Positions 11,162 to 20,000 of a stretch of 20,000 nt of DNA are shown in pieces (within the stretch, counting starts at the first letter, position 1; the number at the start of each line of letters is the position of its first letter). Both the position numbers and the translations under genes were made by a program. The notes beneath the pieces are model-generated. The model saw only the letters and a program-made list of their open reading frames with translations, was not told where the DNA came from and did not search any database. The stretch comes from Hydrurus foetidus. Its lineage: Eukaryota. The stretch lies in NCBI GenBank assembly GCA_900617105.1, contig UYFQ01000335.1, positions 108,415 to 128,414 on the forward strand, given 5' to 3'.

Positions 11162-12053
11162 ATGAGTCTTATTCCTCTTGTTCTCCCTGGAATTGGCGGC
11201 ACAGTTAGCGCTATCGCAACTCTCACAAGTCTAGCGAATGATCGGCCACCGACAAACGTGATCAATCATGGTCTACCTGAATACGTTATTCTTTCTGCGG
11301 CAGCAACGGCGTCATTGAACATCATCTCTAGCTTCAGTCATGATGCGTACCAAGGGGAGGGTACACTGCGTCTCAGCGTCAACGCATCAATGACGCCATG
11401 GCAGGAAATGGATAAGAAGTCAACCTTCCTGCTTCCTGCTACTACACTACCAGAGGGTAAAAACTTGACGTTGGGATTTCTTGACAACTCTATGGTCCAA
11501 TTGTGGCAGTTGCGCGGCAAGCCAACTGGCACAACGACGTACGCAATGCTTGTGGGGCTAGCTGGGCACGGACATCAGCTGCAGGGAGCTCTCGCGATAG
11601 GCAGTAGGATTAGAGTTCCCACACTTCCTGTTGGCAATGGAAGATCTAGAGCACTTTGCACTGCAGCACGCTGCCGCTTGGTCTGCGTCAGAAAGGAAGA
11701 GGCTGGAGGAAGCGCGCGACGATAGCATTGAGAGCGAGCACGTGGAGAAGCGGATCCGACTCATTGTGCAGGACGACTTGGGAGTGCACAGCCAAGGTGA
11801 GAAGGTACACGTAAAGGTGTTTATAGATTTAGAGGGTAGACCACATACGACGAGGGTTCAGACAGATTTAGCAGAGAGGGAGAAGAACTTGGGTGTGGTG
11901 TTCCGAGTGTGCGAAGAGAGGAGATGGCAATTCGTCATGGGAACTGAGTGTTTACTCCAGGTTGAGGAATATACTAGAGTGATTAACGAACAGTCTACGC
12001 TACGGATTAGCGAACGAGACCCCGGATTCAAATGCTGCGGGCTGCTCGATAGG
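11162..12053 (+). pseudogene. Intronless unknown ORF (at least ~297 aa), +1 frameshift near 11600, truncated by the LTR retrotransposon
   Basis: Frame 2 from ATG 11162 (MSLIPLVLPG...LQGALAI) joins frame 3 (AVGLEFPHFLLAMEDLEHF...GLLDR) if one G of ATAGGCA (11597-11603) is removed. The frame runs up to the first LTR base at 12054. Confidence 0.6.
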
Positions 12054-12966
12054 TGTCAGACCACTTGATTCTATCAAGATATGTCTGTAGTAATATAGTT
12101 GCAAATATAGTTTCAAATATATATTTGTACGTTATGCGACACGTACGTACGTAAGTACACATGCAGATATGATAACATGCACACGTACACACGTACTTAC
12201 ACATGTTGGTGCATACTCATTTATGCATACGTACACACATGTACTTACACATGTACGTACATAGTCAATATGTACGTACGTATGTACGCACGCATATAGC
12301 ATAGCGTACACTTGTGTGGTCACGCACACACGTACATACGTACGTGCACATGTTAGTACAAATTATTATATGTGTACGTACACACATGTACTTACACATG
12401 TATGTACATATATAATATGTACGTATGTACGATCGCCAGAAGCGTAGTACATAGATGTATAGGCGTACATACGTAAGTACCACTGCACTTACGCATGTAC
12501 GTTCTTATACATACACATGCATACGTACTCCTATAATATCGCCATATAGCAGTCAGTACTCAGGCATGTACGTTCATAGACATATACACGCACACGTACC
12601 CCTGTACTATCGCCATGTATCAGTTAGTACGAACCCTCTGACCTCACGCAAATGAACGTTCGCCTTTCATGATTCTTCAGTATCGCCAAAACACTTCCTT
12701 ACTATAAGCATTCATGCAACGTTCCTCAAGCACATGCTATGAACAACACATCTCGCTGTGAACTTTGTCTCCAGGTAGTTTCACTGTCATGAACTGTTCT
12801 GATAGCTCTTTTGCGTGGCTATCTGTAAACTCTAATCAGAATTTAATACGTTGTACTTCACAGCTTCGTCTACTCGATAGCTCAAGGAATTGAGACAGTA
12901 GCCTGCAGCTGCTTCTCCACCTTCGCTGCGAACGCTAGAAGGTGACATCCTGTATTTAGTCTTACA
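12054..12966 (+). repeat. 5' LTR (913 bp)
   Basis: Starts TGTCAGAC and ends GTCTTACA (7/8 inverted repeat, TG...CA), directly followed by the TGG of the PBS. The first ~284 bp match 19721-20000. The 3' end is inferred from the inverted repeat and PBS because the partner LTR is truncated. Confidence 0.88.
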
Positions 12967-12975
12967 TGGTAGCGA
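12967..12975 (+). promoter_or_regulatory. Primer binding site TGGTAGCGA, probably for initiator tRNA-Met
   Basis: Abuts the LTR CA. TGG pairs with the tRNA CCA end, and TGGTAGCG matches the start of the yeast Ty1 iMet PBS (TGGTAGCGCC). Confidence 0.8.
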
Positions 12976-13053
12976 TTGTTTATAGTGATTAAACGATTGC
13001 CGTGGATTCCAGGGTTCTGAATTTCCTTCCTCAACTTTCAGAACCCTGCAATC

Positions 13054-15987
13054 ATGAGTGATAATGGATCTGAAGACGAGTTCGAGCTGTCCAACACAGA
13101 CTCTCCGCCGGCTCTTGCCGACCTCCTTCAACATCCGTTCAGAACTCTGATCGAAGCAGCTCAACCCATCTTCACTGGTCGAGTTACAAGATCTAGGACA
13201 GGAGCAATTCCTCCTTTAGAAAATCCAAATAGTGATTTTCTAGACGAGGTGGAATTAGCCCTTCAAAATCAGGAGGTTGTTCCGACACCACCTTTAGCAC
13301 CTCGGGCGCGGAATCTCGGAGCCACAGCGCCAACTTTATTTTCGGACAATTTGGAGGCTCAGGATGCAGAGACAAGATTTTCCTTCGCCGATGTGGCAAG
13401 GCTCATCGACATAATGTCTTCTAAGATCCAACAGCCTCCACCGTTGGTCTCCCAACCGAAATCAACAGTTGGATCTGCCTCTATTCCAAGTGTTTCAACG
13501 CCCAAGGCTTCTTCTATCTTATCGGTGCCCATATCAGAATATTTGGATACCACCTCTGCGCAATCGAAATTCTTCTTTTCGATGCCCAAGTTTTCCAACT
13601 CTGGGAAGGACAACCGCGACAACATGGAAACGTTCATGGTCGCTTTAGGTGAATGTAAACTTCCTACATTAGCCAAAGGCGATCGTGAGTTACCAGTCAT
13701 TACTGCTCGGAACCCTGGAGGGTATTCACCTAGGTCACTGGTATTAGCAGAAGAAGGATTGTATGATGTCATCCCAGCCGATGACATCTACAAAAGATTA
13801 CACGATTTAGATCGCTTACTGGTTATTCTCAATATGGTTACTGGGAAAGATTTACACTATTTGATCAAGCGTGTGATTGCCGACAACGATGCGGTCTTAT
13901 GGTTCAAGACAATCTATGATCACATCAACGGCACAAAGAACAGCGACATCAGGAAGGCAACGGATTAGCTCCACTCCTTGAAGCTCAAGTCCACACAAAC
14001 CATTCAGGAGAATGTGGCAACTATCGAAGAGGCCTTCAGAGTCCTCAAAGTCGCAAGTGGCGTGCCCGTCACTGATGATCAAAAGCTTTATCATCTACAA
14101 GAAAAGCTGGAGCATGATGCAAGATTCAGCGTCTTATCAATCATGGCCTCATCAAAGACGTCAAAGGCATCCTACGACGACACCATCAAATACCTTGTGC
14201 TTCTTGATCCTGCCCCAGCGGTAGCTCACAAGATGGCTTCCCTTACTCCAACCTTGGAGCTGTGCAGACGTCACATCGCTGGCCTATGTACCAACGGTTC
14301 CTCATGCAAGTATTCACATGCAGCAGCGCCGCCAAACAAGGGAGCACCATCTGACAAGAAGCCCAACAAGAACCCACCTCCTCTCAAGAAAGATCAGAAG
14401 ACTCCACCGAAGTTTCCTTTCAAGAAACCAATCATCGTGTCAGATTCCCATCGATCACTTGTTGGCTATCCCAAAGGAGTTGCAACGGCAAAGAACCCAG
14501 CTGGATATTCGCTGAACCAACTTACAACCATCAGGACTTTGCAATCTGCTGATGTTGACGGCTGGACATCAGGAGATCCTCAGTATTTCAATGGCGATGG
14601 GTCGAGCAACCATATCGATCGGTTCAATGTTCTTCGCTTCAAGGAACAATCAACGACATCCATTGCAGAGTTCCCAGAGTTCTACCACCTTGAGCCCTTT
14701 CCAAGACTTCGTGAGATCAGACGTCACCTGTTCACAATGCTCAACTCGGTCGAGAAGTATAACAGATTCGCCGGTTCATCTCCCAGCGACTACGATGGAT
14801 CTCCTACTGATCCTCTCTCCGGAATTGTTGTCAGCTTCCAAGACCTGACAGCAGCTGAACCAAGGATGGTACACATCTTGGTGGCATTCACATGGCTTTC
14901 AGAGAGCCCAACCATCTCGAGATCCGTGAAAATCCGAGAAGATGTTCGTACAGCAGACAAACGGCTTATGCGAGTGCTTTACAAAATTGGAAACAGGTTC
15001 TTGAACGCCGACGTGTTGATTCCAGACAGGGAGGGTTCCGAAAATTTCAGTTATATGAACTTCAACGACTATGGGTTCTACCAATCAAATATGAGAAACG
15101 TGGAAAAGTACTTTTTTGCCATCAGATACATCATGGAGCATCCTGACATTCCATGGCGACTTCTACGTATTCTCTCTTTGGCTATTATCTACGACTTCAT
15201 GTCATTCTGCGCTCAACTACTTCGTGATGCAGTGCAAATGCAAGCTGACGAATCCCAGACAAGAGCAAATGTGATATTCACATTGAATACATATCGATCC
15301 AACGCACAGTTCTTGGATCAGATAGTCTTCCACGATGCTTTCTCTGCAATCATCAACAACATCAAACCAATGCCTCCAGCACCACAGTCTTATGCATTGC
15401 AGACAAGCCCCATCACGACATCATATTCACGTATGAGTGCCATCAACAGAGAGGACCTGCTTAGTGAGACGACTGACCACACTGAAGAAAATGATGATGA
15501 CAATGATGATGATGATGACGACGAATATAGTGACGATGAATCAGAAGGTGATGACATAGACATGACTCCACCGGGGTCATCATCTGATCATCACAGGAGA
15601 TGCCAAGAAGACCTGACCCGATACAATCACCCATACGTGATGGGTCATAAACGCAGTCTGTGGGCGTCAATCCAGACTGATACCAAGCGTCCAGCACGCA
15701 GGAAGATCATCAAAACATCAGATGACAATGAGTTCAAGGAGACACCTGGAACATCCAGCTCAATGCATGCTCCACCAATGCTTCAAGACCCTCCTCTTGT
15801 TAATGATGATATTGTTCCAGCACTTAAGACTGCTGGTGTACCTCGTATGATTGTATCAGTCCCATATCCAGATCAAGGAGGAAGAGCAGCAGCCATTGCA
15901 ACTGGAGCATCCTCCCATGGCACTCGACTCTCAGCAATCTACACAAGATATTTTGCATCCTCCAATGGCAGATCTGGCAACCCCTGA
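13054..15987 (+). CDS. gag: Extended Gag: capsid-like domain (in-frame TAG at 13966-13968), CCCH zinc finger (14263-14319), unknown domain and acidic tract
   Basis: ORFs 13054..13968 and 13978..15987 are one frame split by a single TAG (KATD*LHSLKLK). The helical segment 'DAVLWFKTIYDHING...IQENVATIEEAFRVLKVASGVPVTDDQKLYHL' resembles copia Gag (Retrotran_gag_2/UBN2-like). Confidence 0.8.
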
Positions 15988-16513
15988 GCCATATCGAATG
16001 CGCACTCCGCCAGCCAAATCACCATCAAGAGATTCAGTGTCTGCCACACGTCGTGCAAAGGCAAGAGCACTGGCTGAGAAAAAGAGTCTCAACTTACTTA
16101 CAGTTACAGACAAAGACAGCAAATTCATGTCATTCAAGAAGACAAGTCACAAGACAGTCATTGACAGTGGTGCATCTACATCTGGTACTGGATTGCGCAG
16201 CAGTCTCCGTGACCTTAGACCTACATCATGCAGTGTCTCAGCAGCTTTCGGGGAGACTGCCCAGCCTACTGAGATGGGACTACTCCCACCATTCATGCTC
16301 AAGACTATTGTCATCGACCAAATGAATGATACCACACTGCTCTCAGTGTCTCAAGCGTGTGCAAAGGGATTTGTGGGCATCTTCACCTCTAAGGACTGCA
16401 AGTTCTTTAATGCGATAGATGTCATCCCACACCTTCAGACAATTTCAAAGACAGCTCACCCAGTTATGAGTGGCAAGGTAGAGGAAGGCCTCTACTTGCT
16501 GGACTCCAACTGA
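15851..16513 (+). CDS. pol: Aspartic protease region of pol (+1 frame relative to gag)
   Basis: VIDSGAS active site (D at 16163), 'LLSVSQ', 'G...IFTSKDC' and 'G.VEEGLYLL' are copia PR and pre-integrase motifs. Ends at in-frame TGA 16511-16513. Confidence 0.88.
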   Translation: MYQSHIQIKEEEQQPLQLEHPPMALDSQQSTQDILHPPMADLATPEPYRMRTPPAKSPSRDSVSATRRAKARALAEKKSLNLLTVTDKDSKFMSFKKTSHKTVIDSGASTSGTGLRSSLRDLRPTSCSVSAAFGETAQPTEMGLLPPFMLKTIVIDQMNDTTLLSVSQACAKGFVGIFTSKDCKFFNAIDVIPHLQTISKTAHPVMSGKVEEGLYLLDSN

Positions 16514-19500
16514 GTGCAACCGGCTCAACTCTTGGTCACGAGTGTAAAGGAGCTTTCGATTTACGACCACGTGCATCGCGTACTAGGACACCCTGGCGAA
16601 GAGGGTATGGCCTGGCACCGACAGCACACCATTGGAGCACACTACTCCAACTTGGATGCATCTACACCAAGACCAATATGCGCAGCATGCGTACAGGGCA
16701 CGATGCGACAGACCTCTACGGACCATCTTCGTATACACCGTTTGCCATCTCCTTGCTACGGCAGTCAATTCTCACTTGACGCGTATACACATACACACCG
16801 GTCACAGGCCGGTTATAAGTACTGCGATATTATCACGGACTTATCTACAAGACGAAGTTATCCATGCTTCACGAAAGACCGGGGAGCTGCAGAACTTGTT
16901 AAAAGCTTCTCCACCCTCTTCCAATCACATCCTGAGTGGAAGCCCTCGCTTCCAGGCGTAGACCGATTCATCAGAGCCGATGCAGAGAAATCTTATCGGT
17001 CAGCTGAATTCCTTCAATGCCTACACAACTTCGGATATCGACTTGAGCCAACACCACCTCGCGACAAACATGCAAATGGAATCGCAGAACGTGCAGTAGG
17101 CGTCTTATCGATGAAGTGCAACATCACCATGCAACCTTTAGGGATGACAGTACCACAGAAGTTTTGGGATCTTGCCTTTGAGTATACATGCATCACCCAT
17201 GCATTCAATTACCATTCAGCAATCAAGACATCACCGTATCATCTCATCACTGGAAAGCATGTAATCCTCAAGAACCTCAAGGCCTTTTGGAGCTTATGTT
17301 GGGTTCACATCGCGCTTGAAGATAGGAAAGGAAAAATCGGTTTTCCTCGTGCATACAAAGCCAGATTCGTTGGTTACGATTTATCGAGAACGCTCGAGCC
17401 TTGTTTTAAGGTCATCGAAATACTACCAACCGGAATCTTCGGCAAAATTAGGACAAGTAAGGACGTCATTTTCGACAAAGACAATAATTATAATTACACG
17501 GACGAGTACCCATCCGATCTTGACTTTTCTAATTTACACCAGAATATCAATAACGATATCTCTGCAGTCCTACCAGCTAACAAGGTAGTTGAAAAAGATT
17601 CTGAACAACAACTAGCAACTCCAGCTATTCCAATACACCCTGTACCTGTAATACCTTGCATTATTCAGAATCGAACTCCTGAAAATCCTATTCCAGCGAA
17701 AATACATCCAAATGTGATTAACAATAACAAAATTGTTAATAAATCTGGATCGACTAATATCAAATCAACAAAACAGAATATACCGTTTGATCCAACACCA
17801 ATTAGAGATACAAATAACAAATCCGACATCGATGATAATGACATTGGTATTAATACACCGATTCAAAACATTGAAAATGACGATGCTGTCTACTGGTACT
17901 CTACTCATGTTAGAAATCACGAACATTTTCTCTCATTGATTGAAGCAAGTCATCACGAAAAACTCTTCATCAATTTCGATCAACTCAATGTGCCAAAATC
18001 ATTCTGGAAAGCTATGGCTATACCTGAATGGAAAAACGCAATAGATACTGAATTAAAGAAATTCGAGAAGAACTCATGTTTACATGTAGTACCATACATT
18101 GACCAACACCTGGTACCAATGATGTGGCTTTTTAGTATAAAAACCGACGGTACGAAAAAGGCCCGTTTAGTGGGACGGGGAGATATGATGATACCACTCG
18201 TGGACTTCGACCCCGACGCCGTATACTGCGGAAATGTATCATCGTGTTCCATCAAGATGGCACTAAGCATTGCAGCAGCATATGGACTAGTAATGAAAGG
18301 AGGTGACCTCATTGGTGCTTACCTCATTACAAGAGCAAATGTTAACTTCCCGGTGCACATAAAGACACCGCAGGGATACACTTGCCCACCCGGTTTCTGC
18401 TTTCAGGCTGTCGGCAATCTTTATGGATTCCCACCTGCAGGGCAAAACTTTTCCATAGAGTTTGATATTTGTATCTTCGAGTGTGGTTACAAGAACACAC
18501 CCTGGGACCTCAAGTTCTTCTTTAAATGGACCACAGATGGTAGACCCATGCTTATCATCGCTCACAGTGATGACTTCAGATGGTTTGGTCCTTCGGACAA
18601 ACTTGATGAATGGGATCTGATCATCGCCACCTTCAATGCACACAAGTATGAAGTCACTGATGCAACTGACAAGGAGTTCGTTGGTATTCGTATTCAGCGT
18701 GATGAAGATGGCACATATTATATGGATCAACATCGCATGATTGATTCAATAATAAAAGAGGCTAATATATCTGGTGCGAAGGACATGCACTTACCATACC
18801 CGACTGGGGACCAAGAACCTGCATTGTCAAAACTAGACAACGCTTCTACCCCTGAGGAACGTATGCAGTGTATGAAGTACCCGTACAGGAGGGTCGTGGG
18901 TCAACTAATGTACGGTATGGTACATACCATGGTCGGCATTCTGTATGCACTCAATGTACTATCCCGTTATGGTAACAACCCAGGTCCCAGACATATCAAA
19001 TTCCTCAAACACTTATTGCAGTACTGCAAGTACGCACGAAGTGATCGACTAGTGTTCCATGGACACGATGGACCCAGAGACATCGAGACTATGACAACGC
19101 TACTTCAACTCCGGTTTCAATGCGATGCAGATTTGGGTGGTAATCCCGACAATAGCCACTCCCAGACTGCATACCTTGGATACCTCGGCCGTAACCTTAT
19201 CTGCTGGTGTTCCACCGACCAAGGCAGCATATCAACATCAACGGCAGAGTCGGAAATCAAGGCTGTCAACCACACACTCAAAGCAGAGGTCATAGCCAAC
19301 AGAGGCATCCTAAACATGATGGGATGGGTCCAAGGTCCAACCTCTATTGAAGAAGACAACCAAGCCTGTATATACCATTCTAAGGCAGCACACATGACAC
19401 GCAACCTAAGGCACCTCGACCTCACCGAAAACTGGGTCAAAGAGAAGGTTGCTGATGGTACTTGCGTAGTTGTTAAAGTTAAATCGTGCGATAATAATTC

Positions 19501-19588
19501 AGATATTGGTACAAAAAGAGTTTCTCTACCAATATTTAATAAACTTCTAAATCAAATTATAGATCAGTCTCAGAGACGAAATCTTTAA
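16514..19588 (+). CDS. pol: Pol: integrase, reverse transcriptase, RNase H (1024 aa, same frame as PR)
   Basis: IN: HRVLGH...CAAC zinc motif and D(LDAY)-D(RADAE)-E(NGIAER). RT: EWKNAIDTEL, KARLVGRG, GDLIGAYL, LYG, HSDDF. RH: CDADLGG, STAESE, EDNQAC, NNSDIGTK. Confidence 0.96.
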   Translation: MQPAQLLVTSVKELSIYDHVHRVLGHPGEEGMAWHRQHTIGAHYSNLDASTPRPICAACVQGTMRQTSTDHLRIHRLPSPCYGSQFSLDAYTHTHRSQAGYKYCDIITDLSTRRSYPCFTKDRGAAELVKSFSTLFQSHPEWKPSLPGVDRFIRADAEKSYRSAEFLQCLHNFGYRLEPTPPRDKHANGIAERAVGVLSMKCNITMQPLGMTVPQKFWDLAFEYTCITHAFNYHSAIKTSPYHLITGKHVILKNLKAFWSLCWVHIALEDRKGKIGFPRAYKARFVGYDLSRTLEPCFKVIEILPTGIFGKIRTSKDVIFDKDNNYNYTDEYPSDLDFSNLHQNINNDISAVLPANKVVEKDSEQQLATPAIPIHPVPVIPCIIQNRTPENPIPAKIHPNVINNNKIVNKSGSTNIKSTKQNIPFDPTPIRDTNNKSDIDDNDIGINTPIQNIENDDAVYWYSTHVRNHEHFLSLIEASHHEKLFINFDQLNVPKSFWKAMAIPEWKNAIDTELKKFEKNSCLHVVPYIDQHLVPMMWLFSIKTDGTKKARLVGRGDMMIPLVDFDPDAVYCGNVSSCSIKMALSIAAAYGLVMKGGDLIGAYLITRANVNFPVHIKTPQGYTCPPGFCFQAVGNLYGFPPAGQNFSIEFDICIFECGYKNTPWDLKFFFKWTTDGRPMLIIAHSDDFRWFGPSDKLDEWDLIIATFNAHKYEVTDATDKEFVGIRIQRDEDGTYYMDQHRMIDSIIKEANISGAKDMHLPYPTGDQEPALSKLDNASTPEERMQCMKYPYRRVVGQLMYGMVHTMVGILYALNVLSRYGNNPGPRHIKFLKHLLQYCKYARSDRLVFHGHDGPRDIETMTTLLQLRFQCDADLGGNPDNSHSQTAYLGYLGRNLICWCSTDQGSISTSTAESEIKAVNHTLKAEVIANRGILNMMGWVQGPTSIEEDNQACIYHSKAAHMTRNLRHLDLTENWVKEKVADGTCVVVKVKSCDNNSDIGTKRVSLPIFNKLLNQIIDQSQRRNL

Positions 19589-19714
19589 ATAGCACTATAC
19601 TAATTATGTTTTAATATTGTATTTGTCTTGATCACACATATACTATGTTAATTCTAATATTATAAAGGTAGCTCATAAGTAAACATGCATTATTTTACAC
19701 TACATCTTCACTAC

Positions 19715-19720
19715 GGGGAG
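19715..19720 (+). promoter_or_regulatory. Polypurine tract GGGGAG abutting the 3' LTR
   Basis: ...CTACGGGGAG|TGTCAG..., the typical copia PPT ending. Confidence 0.8.
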
Positions 19721-20000
19721 TGTCAGACCACTTGATTCTATCAAGATATGTCTGTAGTAATATAGTTGCAAATATAGTTTCAAATATATACATGTACGTT
19801 ATGCGACACGTACGTACGTAAGTACACATGCAGATATGATAACATGCACGTACACACGTACTTACACATGTTAGTGCATACTCATTTATGCATACGTACA
19901 CACATGTACTTACATGTACGTACATAGTCAATATGTACGTACGTACGTACGCACGCATATAGCATAGCATACACTTGTATGGTCACGCACACACGTACAA
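19721..20000 (+). repeat. 3' LTR (partial, continues beyond the window)
   Basis: Manual alignment to 12054-12337 shows about 7 substitutions and two 2-nt indels over ~280 bp. Confidence 0.95.

Larger units (their letters stand above)
12054..20000 (+). mobile_element. Ty1/copia LTR retrotransposon (3' LTR runs off the window)
   Basis: Direct repeats beginning TGTCAGACCACTTGATTC at 12054 and 19721, PBS, PPT, and domain order gag-PR-IN-RT-RNaseH. IN before RT is diagnostic of copia. Confidence 0.97.

Noticed and set aside
12115..12610. Possible CRISPR-like or regularly spaced array in the LTR
   Set aside because: No constant repeat with unique spacers of uniform length, no cas genes, and a eukaryotic context.
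12132..12655. Short ORFs rich in Y/V/C/T/H/M (12132-12329, 12265-12483, 12455-12655; also 19695-19970)
   Set aside because: Translation artefacts of the alternating purine-pyrimidine tract in the LTRs.
13966..16513. Alternative genetic code explaining in-frame TAG and TGA
   Set aside because: TGA ends SWEET, TAA ends the hydrolase and pol, and the long host exons and 1024-aa pol lack internal stops. The standard code fits.
19589..19714. Possible env-like or extra ORF after pol
   Set aside because: Only ~125 bp of AT-rich sequence separates the pol stop from the PPT.

Overview
Eukaryotic genomic DNA with compact genes and short GT-AG introns of about 80-130 nt (a protist or alga such as a stramenopile is my inference). 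The first ~10 kb holds host genes: a SWEET/MtN3 sugar transporter (2346-3088), a small hypothetical protein (4619-5032), a 6-exon alpha/beta-hydrolase with a GxSxG motif (6006-7473) and a DOT1-like SAM methyltransferase (minus strand, 8196-9300), plus gene relics and microsatellites. The second half is a cluster of mobile DNA. A TA-flanked MITE (10513-11081) lies just upstream of an intronless, frameshifted unknown ORF (11162-12053). That ORF is interrupted by a near-complete Ty1/copia LTR retrotransposon (12054 to beyond 20000), with a 913-bp 5' LTR, an iMet-type PBS, gag-PR-IN-RT-RH, a PPT and a partial 3' LTR. The element is atypical. Its reconstructed polyprotein is about 2180 aa. It has a CCCH zinc finger where the CCHC knuckle normally sits, an unrecognised ~250-aa domain plus acidic tract between nucleocapsid and protease, and an HSDD RT motif. 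It also has an in-frame TGA near the PR/IN boundary, a +1 frame change ending in CCC-TGA, and LTRs containing long alternating purine-pyrimidine tracts.
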